NCBI GenBank assembly: GCA_973895155.1
Contig: OZ316895.1
Span: 6,684,184-6,748,183, forward strand
From: Marsupella aquatica
Taxonomy: Eukaryota > Plantae > Marchantiophyta
DNA: 64,000 bases
Direction: 5' to 3'
Position numbers and translations under genes: made by a program. Every line of letters begins with the position of its first letter. Position 1 is the first letter of the stretch. Positions 25,395 through 38,221 of the stretch are shown here, piece after piece. The notes under the pieces are model-generated. The model was not told the DNA's origin. It saw only the letters and a program-made list of their open reading frames with translations, and searched no databases.

Positions 25395-26508
25395 TTCGAG
25401 AAATAATGCATTGATTCCATTATCGCAAAGAGGTACAATGTATACAATACTATACAATACAATGTCTAGTGAAATCCATGTCATGTAACCATAGTAATCA
25501 TTGGCTATCTCCCCATTGGTCCCTGAATGTTAGGGTGGGTGGTTTGTTTTTTTGCGCTTAGAAATAAAACACATTGAGTAAAATTATCATCCCAAAATTT
25601 ATAGGTTCACATGCACATATTTTTTGATGGGGCGGGTTTTTTTTTAGTGCGAGTTTTGTGTGCAAACTTTTTTTTGTATGGCGGTGCAATTTTTTATTTG
25701 GTGCACTGGTCAAAACTTTAATTTATTTGTGGTTTTGCGGTCACATACTCTTATTTTTGAGGTTTCTTTTGCATAAATATTTTTTTGTGAATTTTTTTTG
25801 TTGGAAAGTAAAATATTCATACATCATTGTATATTGTTAATTTGTTTTTGATGTGACTCTTTTTAAACCTTTTGTTTTGAATTAAAAGTCACCCTATAAT
25901 TCTCCTTGATGTTTCCTTGCCATCTTCACTTCTTCCATAAAAGTGATCCGCACTTCCAAAACATAATATGTCCAACATTTTCACAAAATTTTCAAGCCTA
26001 AATCTAAAAAAACAAACTTTTATTACCCACCATTGAACCCTATGAAATTGTTTTGTCCAACCTATTATTCATAGTCCCTAAATATCTCCCCTTTTTTAAC
26101 AAAGGAGAGTGATTTTTTTTCTTGGAACTTGTATGATTTCACAATTTAAATAAAATACAATACCCTTTATCTTATATATTTTGTAAAATATGAGTGTTTT
26201 ACTAAGAAAAACAATGTGCAACATTTGGTATTCCGTACCGGTACCGTCGTTGGTGCATGTATGTATTCCTTTTGTGGTTGAACTCGATCTGGTGATGTAT
26301 GAAATACGACTATATCTATTTATTTCTGATCCCATTGTCCAAGCTTTTGAATCTTCTTTGAACACGGTAAATTAATCGTAGTTACTTTGGTCTTGGGTCA
26401 GCTTACATTTGAATCAGTGCTCGTCCCCCGTCCCCCCCTCCCCAATTGCTAGATTTCTGTGTCTTTTTGCGTACTTTCGTTTGAGTATTTTTTTAAATTA
26501 TTAATTTA

Positions 26509-27570
26509 ATTTTTTTCAAAACGGGAAACATTATTCCAAGAGACAAAACAACAATAGCTGCCTAGGAGATAGAGACAGGAGAAATAAACAAATAAGGGGA
26601 AGGAGCGCACCCAGGGAAGAGAAGGAAAATCGGCCCCGAACCATCCACCATGAGAAAGGAGGCGTATCAGAGTTGGAAGGAGACAAGGATCGGACAACCT
26701 ATCAAATACCAACGAGCAAAGTAACTACCAACAAATTATTCCAAACGGCAAACCAAACCGAGAGCACCCAAGGTCCAGTCCAGTCCAAGGCAGACCCAAA
26801 CTCCACTGGAACCGTGACCCACGTCGCGGATCCACCAAACCTTCATATCCATCCGCTTCGATTATTCCCTGTCTGCACCAGAAAATCTATCACTCCATCA
26901 CTCCGGACATCGTTAATCCATTGAAGCAGGGCCAGAGAGCAAAACCGCAGCACCTAACTCGCCCTATAGCGGGAGTACCACCGGAGGCACCAACCAAGAT
27001 GTAAAAAAGAGATGCAATAAGTCCAGTCATCTGAAACCTGTTGAACATAATAGGCGTAGGCTATCTGGTGGACCCTGAATCAGGGGAGAGGACGATGATG
27101 GGCATCGAGAGCACTATTCCAGGGGGAATAACTGGTGACATCACCTCCTGAAGAGCCCAGGGCGCTGGGCTCTGATATATTCCTTGTATAGTGCACTCAG
27201 CAGCGAATCAGTAACACCCACTTGAATTGGAATCAGTAACACCCCCTTGAATTGGTTCCCCGATATCCATTCCCATAACTTGCCTTCTTCTCACTTTGTC
27301 TCCAACTGTTAATAGGTAAGACAGTAGAATAGTGGCCCTTCCTAATATTCTTCGACCTTTTGCTCACCACAACTGCAGATATGTATGTCCCCTATTAATA
27401 GTAACCCAGATTCTTCAGTTCTTGTCTTCTCTCATTAACGCCTCACCTATCGAAAGGTCTGCCCAGTGGAGAATGGAAAAACAAGTCCCAGATAAAGAAC
27501 CGAGGAAGACTCCCAATCCCGAAAGCTGTTTATGGACAATCCAAAATAGACACCTACGATAGCAAAATGT
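26509..27570 (-). mobile_element. Decayed LINE 3' fragment
   Basis: T-run terminus, HLFF-type zf-RVT remnant near 27000-27050, and a 3'UTR-like tail that is pyrimidine-rich on the minus strand. Confidence 0.45.
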
Positions 27571-30500
27571 ACCAACCAAATGTACTACACTTAGATTACC
27601 AGCCAATAGGTACAAATACCAGTCAAAAGGCACAAATGCATCTCTCTGAGGAGACTAATAAGTAACTTGATACTATCATTACTCAAGGAGGAGATACAGG
27701 GGGGTTTAAATAGGTTTATACTTTGTGGCATATGACCTGCCACTTTTGTGTATATGACCCCCCTAGAAGTGCACATAACTCTGTTTCCATGGTTGCTCCC
27801 AGTTGGGCTTCCAAGTTGTCATTTGTCAAGTCTTCATCTTCCCCTGGTGTCTTGGAATCCAAGAATATTGCACAGTAACCAAAATGTGACATGGAATGGT
27901 TAGTATTCTTTGGAAAAGATTCAAAGCTAAGATCTTGCATGCAGAATCTTTAAAAGTGTATAACATTGCTGGAAGTGCCCCCATCATTGTGGAAGTGTGT
28001 CCAACTTTTTTGGGACGGTGTTTTTACTAAATATATTATTTTACTAATCAATACTTTTGCTCTTCTCTACTGTTAACTAACAAATCCTGTGTTTTACTTG
28101 GCCGTTTAGCTAATTTGGTATTTGGCCATTTTCTACCGCTAGACGCATTTGATTCCATGCACTAACCTACTGAATAACTTGTCATTTTCGGACAGAAATA
28201 AAAACAAATGATATTGCTGAAATCAAGGTCAATCACGCAATCTATATAAGTAATGGCAATGCGAAGCTAGACTTGGGTGCATTCTTCTAGGGTGAATGCC
28301 TCTAGACCATGACCTAGGGCCCCACCAAAATTTATGATTTAAATATATATTAATGTCCTGGTTAGAGTGCATTGTAGCATATAAGGGCTGCTTTACAAGA
28401 ACTTGGGGGCAACAATTCCTTTTTTTTGTAAGTGAGCGATGCAATCCTAGCCGTTCATATGTGGGAACTGGCCACACTTCACTATCCATGAACCTGGGGG
28501 CACAATCAACCCAAAAACATTATTTACATAACCTAGTCATCTGTTAGTGGGCCCCTTGTGGGTTGACTTCCCTTATTTGCTGATGTGTGCAAGCTTTTTT
28601 TCCAAAACTTAGACCTCCTCTTGAGATGGTCTAAAAACCTGGAGCAAATGGCAGCTTCTTTTCAGTGAATTTGCATTGATTACTTCTAGACCTGACTGAC
28701 CCATTTTGGCTCAGACATTTTAAGTTTTGTGGAAGCCAGGAAGTGGCCAGCAGCTTTGCTTCAATTGGATGGAGAGACACTAAGGGCCCCCACCTTCTTG
28801 TAAAGCCCCCCTAATATTGCCCCCAAATAGGAGGACACTAGCCCAAGATTTGAGGGGCTATATTATGATAATTATGACAGTAACTAGGACATTTAACAAT
28901 AAAGATAAATCAAACCTGTGAAACTTCAACAAGCCATGCTACAATTTGTTGCTACACAATTGGGCTTAAACCACCACTATCCACCAGGTTTGGGAGGACA
29001 AAATAGAGCATTTTAAAATTATTTTGAGCACCTGAATCCATGAGGTTTTGCTTTGGGGTAGTGGCACTTCAAAGAGCCACTAGCCAGCCATCACAACAAC
29101 CTTGTTCGACCAAATTTCATCAGTTTTAGTATTTTTTTCTGAAATTGTGAAACTTTCACAGTAAAGGAGAGTATTGTGAAAAAGGGAGAAATCTTTTACA
29201 CATCTCCATTTATATGCGCCGGCGGTGGTTTAAATGAAAGAAGTCAAAATTGGAGTTAGAGATTCTCTACAGAAATATACTAAGCAGTTGCTGCAACACT
29301 AGGGTCCTTGAAATTTCATTTATGACTCTCAATACCTGCTGCCCCAACACTGCCCAAAGTATGAAGAATAATAATACGTTCATGGGGCAGCAGACAGGCA
29401 TACATTTCTGACAGCCATTAATGACTACCTAGGGACTTGTGTCCTGAGTAGTAGGGATCTAGTATCTTTGATTCTGGATATAATCGTTTATATCATTTTA
29501 TGTGGTAAGACTACTTGTAGCTTTTAGATTTTACTAGATGGTATCTTCCAGAATCCCCTACTCAAAGAAAGGGAGATATTCTAGGTAATAATTAATGCCA
29601 AAACAAAGTGAAAAATGACAAATTCACTTATTTATATACGTCACACTGTTGTTCATGCATGATAATTTCTGTCATTATATATCAATTATAAGTTCAGTAA
29701 CTCTGGAATATTATTGTCTTGAACATCATCTAACAAGTTGGAGGGTACGTATGCTTGAAAGTTATTATTAGATGTGAAAATAGGCTGCTTTCAGACATAT
29801 CCGTGATTACAACGACTTGTTGCTGGCACTAAGTATCGCTCAGGTTTGCTACAATATGGCTCAAGTAACATGTAAGTAAATAAAATGTTTTTCCTATCTT
29901 GCATGGGCAGGTCAATGTTGGTAAAGCTTGCTTACCTTGTGCGTCGCCGTATAGTAGGTTCCTGGATTGAGCTTGTAAAGCTGTTGGACAGTCGTGCAAA
30001 CCTCACTGCAAACATGGCATTGTTTGGCACTATGTTGGCTAGTCCCTGGGCACTACTTCTTTTTATACCAGGAGGATGTGAGAACCATTTAAGGGTGCAT
30101 GTTATCCATTATGGGGTTATTTTCACAATTAGCTTACAAGTAAATAACCTCTATAGACATTCCAATATGTCACCTTTATAATTAGGCAAGAATCAACCAA
30201 ATATGCAGCAAATTATGGCAACCCCATGAATGCATGGGATAACCTAGACCATTCAATATGAGGACGAAGCAATGTAGGCACTTGAAAAATCAATATGTGC
30301 CTTGAAGGTCCACTTGAATACTTTAGGCTTTTATTAGGGTTCATGGACTGAAATTTATAATGCAAGAAGGGTCAAATTAATCCTTTGGAGTAGTCTTTTA
30401 TAAGATTCCCAAGAGTCTATAGTAAGATAAGAAACTAAGTTTTTACAAATAGCAAGGGTATTCTCTGTGGCCAAATAAAAGAAGAGTAGGGGTACTAGGC

Positions 30501-31224
30501 ACGAGATGGTTCACAAGAGTTCACATAGGATTTACAAATAACAAGGGTATTCTCTAGCTATGGCCAACAAAGAATAATTAGGGGAACCAGGCACGTACGG
30601 GTGGTTCACATGGGCTCACATGAGCATATTTTTTTAGGTGCTAATTCTAGCCAAACTCCACCTCCCCCAAAAGTGTTTGCCACTTTGGCAAAAACTCTCT
30701 AGGTTCTATGTATGTCAATTGCCACTTTTTCATCGAACCATGGATTCTATTTGCCAGAATCTAACTGTGTTCCATAATTCTAGTGATATTTGACGGTCTT
30801 CCATAAATCTAGTGATATTTGACTGTCAGTACATAGTTTAGGAAAACAAGAGTTTACGAAATTATTCCTAGCATCTCCTCCATTAGAAAGGCTGGCATTC
30901 GCAAACTGGCTTAAAACAAAAAAACATTACGTCCTGGTTCACAGACTGTGGTTTACTAAGAGTGGGGGCCCACGGGTTCTCCAACTGTTGCTCTAACTTT
31001 TGGCAAGTGACCCCTCTTGTCTTAATGCACGACTTTCTGTGCTTCGGCCTCTGTGAGATTCGTCGATACCTCACAATCTCACATCAGACGGTGTTGGTTC
31101 TAAGTTTTGTTCAAAAAAGGTTCTACCTAGTTTGTTTAAAAAAGGTTCTACCTAGTTTGACTTTTGGCCTGAATTGAGCTACGACAAACAATAACGACTG
31201 CTGGACTAGTTCCCAATCATCATC

Positions 31225-31231
31225 TATATAA
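31225..31231 (+). promoter_or_regulatory. Candidate TATA box of MTPSL2
   Basis: Same conserved TATATAA...GAGCTCAGAGCTA block. Confidence 0.6.
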
Positions 31232-31809
31232 TAAAGAGAGCTCAGAGCTAAAAACATTCTGAATGTCTTTCACCACTTGGCGTCTCCACTCACAGACTTC
31301 GGTTTCCAATACTTTGAGATTCTGTCTGACCGTTTTTCACCGTTGTCTTTTTCACCGTTAAGTCTCCAAGCTTGACCAGGGTGCACTCGGGTCCACCCTC
31401 GGCCTCCAGTTTTTGCCATTTGACGAACCCGATATCCACTGCTCCCATTCAACCGTTCCACCTTGTCACATGTTCTGTTAACGTTCAGATTTGCGATCTA
31501 TTCATCGATCTCCACTTCTCCCATTCAATCGTTCCGCCTTGTCACATTTTCTGTTCAGCATTCAGATTTGCGAAATTCACTTCTCTTCCGCGCTTCCAAG
31601 TCTCAAAAACTTCTCATGCCTCTTCGTCCCGGGTTTATTCAGAGGAAGCCTGTCTGGACAGCATTTCACTTGTAAGGATCTTGGCCTCATGGTTGGGTAA
31701 CCTGCTTTATGTGCAGACAAACTGAGTAAGGCAGGTTGAATCGCTTCCGTCGAGAAATTGGTTCTACTTCTCTCCTTGCACAAGTACAAGGAACCCCGTT
31801 GGTCGGAGG

Positions 31810-33792
31810 ATGGCACCGGCGGCAGATACTCGCAGTGGTGACTCTGATATGTCCGGTCCAACAAAGGGTGAGGTGTGGAGTGAGATAGACAGGCAGCAGC
31901 AACTCGTGCACTATAAGCCTCAGTTTACGATCCCGTATCCCGTCGGCATCAACAGCTATGCGGCCAAGGCTAGCAAGGACACATACGACTGGCTGCTTGA
32001 GCACGGGATAGGTAACGTCTTTTCTCCTAAAGTGTTTGCCAAGTTTGTGGAGTCGAACTTCCCGGAGCTGCCGAGCAGGGTCTATGTTGACCATGGGCCG
32101 CAGGTCCTTGACTGGGCTTGCAAGTTCTTCACCTGGCTGTTTGTCCTAGACGATCAGATGGACGACACAGCCCTTGGGATGACACGGGGGTCTTCGGTGC
32201 CAGTATTTCTCGAACTGCATCTGGTACTCTTGTGGAACTTACCCGATGAACCAGTTCTTTACGAAAACCTGATGACGTTTCTCGATGAGTTTCCGAACTC
32301 TGAGCTCCAGGAGGAGAATCGAGAGTTCATCAACAATACGTTAAAGAGGGCAAAGACGTTCCCCGTCGACACAGGTTGGTTGACGAACTACATGTTATAT
32401 ATATAACTTCTACAAACTTATGCCAAGTTCCAGCCAATTAACCTCACAGTCTAAGCGAACTTTCCGTGTCAGCTACTTCCTTGAGAATTAGCTAGCATGT
32501 CTGGCTACACCAGTGTTTAATCCAATCGGTTTGGATCCCCGTGAACTTAATTCCTAATCGTTGAATGAGATATGGATGGCAGCGTATGATGGACAAGTGG
32601 GGCCAACAGCATCGGCCTTACGCGACTTGTGGATCAGCTCTGTGAGGACGATGCCACACGAATTCAACCTTCGATTAGCACACACAATCCAAGATTACTT
32701 TCTTGGCAATCTTGATGAGGCGAGAAATCGAGAGGATGGAACTATTCCTTCACTCGATGTTTATACGGCCCTCCGTAGGAAGACGGGCTCTATCGAGCCT
32801 ACCATTGTAAGTAGCCTTCTTGCGTGACCATTACTTCGTCAAAGCTAGAACCCATGTGTGACTTCGTCTGACATGTAAAATGAACTCACTTATAAGTATC
32901 TGAAGCATTTAAAGTACGTGGAAGCACTTACTTGATTGTCGATCAGGAGCTTAAATGATTCTCCTCATGCAAGAGAGATAAGTGGCTTCATTGCTCCCTA
33001 TACCCTCCAGTCGACTTGAGCGATAAACTGCAGAGTCGGCTTCTTGGATCCTCACGACTCTAGTCTTCTAGCTTGATCCAGATACTGCTGATTTGGTGCA
33101 AAGCATGCAAATTAAGTTTTTCAGAGATTCTATCATTTTGATTTCAGGTAATTATCGACCTTTTCGAGGACCAGTACATGCCCGGCTATTTGTTTAAAAG
33201 TACTCCAATGCGGCAAATGATAGACGCAGCCAACGACATAGTTTGCTGGCATAATGATACATGGTCATTCAAAAAGGTGTGTATCGGTTATAATAAATTA
33301 CACATCCAGATAGTCTCGGCAATTGCTAATAATGCTTCAGTTAATCAACGTGGATAACGTACTCAATTATGAACATGTTGGACTCAGTTCCGGCGCCGAG
33401 TGCAATGAGCATATATAGTCTTGTGCGCAAATACGCACTTACGGAATGTTAAGTGAGCTCCATGGAAAACTTTATCCAGTGGAGGCTCAATGTAGCCGTG
33501 GTATGGACACAATATGACGATTTGTTTACTGCAGGAATTGTCAAGAGGAGATGTCCACAATTTGATAGTTTTGATCAGCCTCGAACGTAAGTACAGTACC
33601 TACCAAGAGTGTGCAGTCGTTGCCCAGAAGATGATTTACGAGAGGATCGCCGATCTTGACAAGGCAGCTGCAGATCTGCTGGCCATCGCTTCTCCAGCTG
33701 ATGAGAAGGTCGTGCAGAGGTACATCAAGACATGCCAGCATTGGGTTTCAGGCACGCAAGCTTGGCACAAGGCATGTGTTCGTTATCAGTGA
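31810..33792 (+). CDS. MTPSL2, about 391 aa, 4 exons
   Basis: Exons 31810-32374, 32583-32806, 33148-33276 and 33535-33792 join in frame with GT-AG introns. Motifs DDQMDD, RRKTGS, NDTWSFKKE, WHKACVRY. Confidence 0.94.
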
Positions 33793-34284
33793 TCTCCCGA
33801 TACCCTGACCTCACTCGTGCCGGAGCATTGGCCGGTCTTTGATTCTTAGTCAATTCTATTTGATTATAGGCTATACTAAATTTCTGGGGGGTTCCCTGGG
33901 GAACCTGATTTAATCACCATTGAATCAGAGCGAGTACAGTTGTTTGTGTTGAGCCTGGGAGAGATGCAGAATGATGCTTAAACCGCCACTGTCCACAACA
34001 AAAACCTGGTTATACCAGGTTTCTTAATTTAGGGAGATATTTCAGGCCCGGGCATTCCCGCTTGTTTCTGGTGTCACTTTTTGGCCCGGTCAGCTTGACA
34101 CCTGTCCTGTGTCCCTGCTCGTTTTACGGAGGGGCGTGACTTCCAAAAGCCTAGGTGGGCAAGTCCTCTCGCCCATGAAGCACCTGTGTCCAGAGCACAG
34201 TAGTGCTTTTCCTCCTCCCATGCTGCGAGTCAGCAAGTGTAAACCATTGCAGAGTCGATCGAAATTGTGTTCACAAGCCTACTC

Positions 34285-35917
34285 GAGCAATGTATTCAGC
34301 TTTGCAAGTTTACTTCCTGGACAGACGTGATTTCCCCCGGCGAATGGGAGATACGTTCCTGGTCTAGGAGCTACCGTGAAGCGAGCGGCGTCAAGAGCTA
34401 TGGGTGAAGGGTAAATTGCAGGATCCAGATGGATGCAAATAGTCATGACGAAAACTCTCCAACCCTTAGGAATGAGATAACCTTTTTACTCTACATCTTG
34501 CGTTGCAGCGCGACTGGTGAATTGCAAAATTGTTGGATCTCTCAATGTTTCTTGAATAACCTGATGTGTAAAAGGCATTTTTTGAGTGTCTTCCCAAGTC
34601 AGAAGGCTTGCCTGGTTCTTTCAGTCTCACGATTTCGTCTTGCTCAGCCGCTAGATTCTTTCAGTCTCAAGATTTCGTCTTGCTCAGGCACTATAGCTTT
34701 CCACATGTCAGGATTCTCAGTAAGAAACTTGATAATCCACGTAAAGTGAAGTGGCTGTTGTATCATGTACGTGCTCCAAATAAAGTCCCAATGAGAACAT
34801 CTATAATTTCGTCTTTCTCCATGGCTATTGCCGTTCTCGTCTATGGCAACCACCAATGCTCACTATACGCTATTACACGGTTTGCTTTCTTCTGCATCTT
34901 TCCTACTTTCGGTAATTAATGTGTCCAAATACTTGCATGCTCGCTGCTTGCTCTGCCAGACAGGTCATTTGAAACTATCAAATTGATCGCCTCTTTTGAA
35001 CTTCAAGCAGATTGAGTCATACATCATTGCTTTGTTCAATCCAATTAATAATTAGATGTGATTACTTCTACACGTGATGACAATGAGGGGACCAAACGCA
35101 GCATCCATTCACGGACATCTATATCCTTCTCAACTATGAGCAGCGGTCTACACAAGCTTCAACAACGTGATCTACCTCACTGAACATGCAGCTGTCCGTG
35201 AAAAAGGAAGCTGCGTACCTGCAAAGCTTTATACCAAGAGAAGCTCCATACCTGCAATCCATTTAATTGCAAAAACTTTCAGAAATTATCACACCTTGGC
35301 CCAGCTGACATTCTAAAGTGAAGGCTCTTATGGCAACAGGCCATTGGGGGATTGGATCTTCAATCTCTCTTTGCTTCAATTTGACAGTATCTGATTTTCG
35401 TGTTAGAGCTGGAAGGTGCACTCTCTCTAGATCCGCTATCACAGGGTGGGAGAAAAGGAGTAACACCCCCTGGCAAAGGGACGGGAATCGTTCGGCAGCC
35501 ACAGCCCAAATTTCTGGAGAAATATTTGTCGACCTATTGACTTGAAATATAGTGCAAAAAATGAATGAGCTACTGCACAATTCCTTCAGTGAATTTATCC
35601 ATTCCTTGCGTCCATACGTTCATTCATTCATCGGTCTGTCAGAATGAAAGAAGTTAATGTGCAACAATGGTCTTACTTCTTCACGCGAGGCATGGCTGAC
35701 TCGACAGGATCGGCATTTGCAACAACCAGTGTTTCTCCGGTCAGGGGCCACCCATTGGACCCTCTGGGAATTTTAGGCTTCGAGCTCCCGTAAATGCTTT
35801 GTGGCAACGCATGATTTAGGACCACCCATAAGAAATGGAGAACAAGAGCTCCCAACACGATTGGCACTGCCACAGGATATGTGCTTACATTAGGCCAATG
35901 AAGCTCATCTAATTTGC
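34285..35917 (-). pseudogene. Cytochrome P450, CYP85-clan-like, truncated pseudogene
   Basis: Membrane anchor plus PRGSNGWPLTGETL; I-helix GA(H)DTT disrupted by a 4-bp insertion; LTWEDTQKMPFTHQVIQETLR (ExxR about 34540-34551); GYLIPKGW; heme motif FAGGNHVCPG (34315-34344). In-frame stops, frameshifts, a roughly 40-bp internal duplication (about 34616-34687), no ATG, and C-terminus lost shortly after the heme Cys. Confidence 0.9.
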
Positions 35918-35942
35918 GCTACTGTGGCCAGTGACGCTCACC

Positions 35943-36030
35943 GTCCGCGCCCATGCCTATTGTGGCTCCGGGTGTGGCTCACAATCCGCGCCCATGCCTA
36001 TTGTGGCTCACAGTCCGCGCCCATGCCTAC
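35943..36030. repeat. GC-rich short direct repeats, 3 copies
   Basis: TCCGCGCCCATGCCTA three times, interspersed with TGTGGCTC. Confidence 0.85.
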
Positions 36031-36257
36031 CGTCAACGTTCACAGCTCATAGGTTCTATACTTCTATAAGTGGTTCTCGCTTTTTCGGTTTACAATCAAA
36101 ATTGTGTACTTGCGCTGCTTCTCATTTTTCGGGTTTACGACTCCGGTAAGAAGCGCATGCTTCAACTACATTTGCACCTCATTTTCTCTGTTCCTTGGTT
36201 TGAATGAGCTCAAGGCCGAGTTAGAAAATTTTCTCTGTTCCTTCGATCAAACGTTTT

Positions 36258-36383
36258 GCAGTTCGTTGTTCTTTGATCGGCCATTCAATAGTTCGTTGTT
36301 CTTTGATCGGCCATTCAGCAGTTCGTTGTTCTTTGATCGGCCATTCAGCAGTTCGTTGTTCTTTGATCGGCCATTCTGCAGTT
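36258..36383. repeat. 30-bp tandem repeat, 4 copies
   Basis: GTTCGTTGTTCTTTGATCGGCCATTCAGCA units start at 36261, 36291, 36321 and 36351, with a degenerate copy at about 36421-36460. Confidence 0.95.
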
Positions 36384-36894
36384 GAGCTCGACAGAACAGT
36401 TTGCAGAGAAAATTTCTTCCCGCAGTTGGTTTTGTTCTTCCATCGGCCGATTGCAGTTCAGTTGTTCTTGGAACATCATAATACACTTACCCTAGCAGAT
36501 ATTGACTGGATTCTTGATACCTTGGAGTTATTGACTGGTTTCTCAATCACCCTTATCGGCATGAATAATGCCAGGTACATTAAATTATGCATGCCTACAA
36601 TTTTTAAATATCTCTTCCAATTGACCCAATACCTTCAATTATGTATGCCTAAAACTTGGTACTTACCCTTCATTTTCTTGTTGGTCATGTTTGCATTTCA
36701 GTGTGGCCAATTTGCATGCATATACTTTGCCTATACTTTGCCTACCTTAGCAAATATGTTAATTTTTTTTCAATTAACTTTGCTTGCTTGCTCTTGCTTG
36801 TTCTTGCTCAATATAACCTCCATCAAACAATAATTACCTTGCCTAGTTTTGTAGGGATACTAATTGCACTTGTTCATTTTCCTATGTTTTGTAG

Positions 36895-37297
36895 GAGCTC
36901 CGAGCATCAGAACAGACCGGCTGAGCTAACCTCCTATGGAGATGACATATATCACTTATCATGGCCAGTTCCTCCGCCGGGACGTCGGAAATTTCGATTG
37001 TTGAGACATGCTGACATAGTTGCTAGATTCCCGGCATTTTGCACGGCAATAGACGACAACCTTCAGGACCTCAACTCTGCCCAGATTCTTTCCCCCGCGA
37101 CAGCTGAAGCTTTTCATATGTGTGCCGCATGGGCATACACTGAAACAGTTCCTCGTCGACAGAGGTATATTGTGTATCGCAAACTAGCATATGTTGCTAG
37201 CTTTGCAGAGAGAACACCTTTCCCAGCAGCAGTCACAGCTACGGTGCAGTCTACTTGGGAACTACCGGGCGAACAACATGTGGGTTTCCGATTTTAG
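36895..37297 (+). CDS. KolX-like accessory protein, last exon (P2X7 C-terminal-like motif)
   Basis: Acceptor TTTTGTAG ends at 36894. C-terminus RRQRYIVYRKLAY...ERTPFPAAVTATVQSTWELPGEQHVGF resembles the RYxAYR...RxPLPxCV..IR..FP..GxYxGF motif of KolX and the P2X7 C-terminus. Lies tail-to-tail with the transposase. Upstream exon(s) not identified. Confidence 0.6.
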
Positions 37298-38221
37298 GTT
37301 TCTATGTTGTGTTTTTTTTTCACCATTGTTGTTTCATAACTTGAGTTATGATTTCATGGGTTCTTTATTTCACCATTTTCTTCATGTTTATTTCACATGT
37401 GCCTCCTTTCCTTTCCCAACCTCAAGTGTAAATAACCTGGGAGTTGCTAAGCAGTCACCATGTTGGTGTATGTCTTTAGTGCTCTAAAGCTGTGTAACTA
37501 TGTTTCCATCTATGTTTACTTATTGTTCCAAGGTTTCTTTGTTATACTAGCTATACTATTTCATTTTCCTTGTTTGGCATGTGCCTCTTTTTTTCTCCCA
37601 ATTGCACTGCAAAATCCTTGGGAATTGCGAGGCAAACACCATCTTGGCTTTTGCATTTGGTTTTTGAAGTTTTTGATTTTAATGTGTCTGTATTTGTTTA
37701 TTCCTAGTATTTTCATTGTATGAGTTATCTGTGCTTCTTGTTTTGTTGTGTTTGTTTGGCTTGTGCCTCCTTCCCCCTCCTTTGGGTTGGAACTCCTACT
37801 GGATGGCAGCACGAGGGGTTCAATTCCCCTTTGGAGTATTGTTAGATTGTGAAAAATATTAGTAATGTATCCCCTAAGGTTTTTTGCAATGCAATGTCAT
37901 GCTGCATCTTACTCTTAGCTCATAGGCAGGGCAAGTAAGCGACACTTGGTCCATGGCCATCACTCACAGTTGATATACAAGGACATAACTCACAACTATC
38001 ATCGATGGTGCTAAGCCCTAATATAACTTTCACATCCTACAAATATATATTCTATTACAAAAACAAACATAAATGGCAAGGCTAGGTGATATATGGGACT
38101 ATTAAGATAACAAATGAATATTATAAAACCTACAACTCACATGTGTCCCAAATGTCAAATGCACGACAAGGATGAAAGTTTCCAACCAAAATAAAAGTTT
38201 TGACCAAGTATCACAAATCAT

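Larger units (their letters stand above)
14644..26237. mobile_element. Large TIR-bounded element containing nested LINE and copia insertions
   Basis: TACGGAATACCAAATGTTGCA at 14644-14664 and its exact reverse complement at 26217-26237, with weaker similarity for about 40 bp further in. TSD ambiguous. Confidence 0.55.

Noticed and set aside
34285-35917. Functional P450 forming an intact biosynthetic gene cluster
   Set aside because: Multiple stops and frameshifts, a disrupted I-helix, and missing start and C-terminus.
36258-36383. CRISPR-like array
   Set aside because: Head-to-tail 30-bp units with no unique spacers, eukaryotic context and no cas genes; it is a minisatellite.
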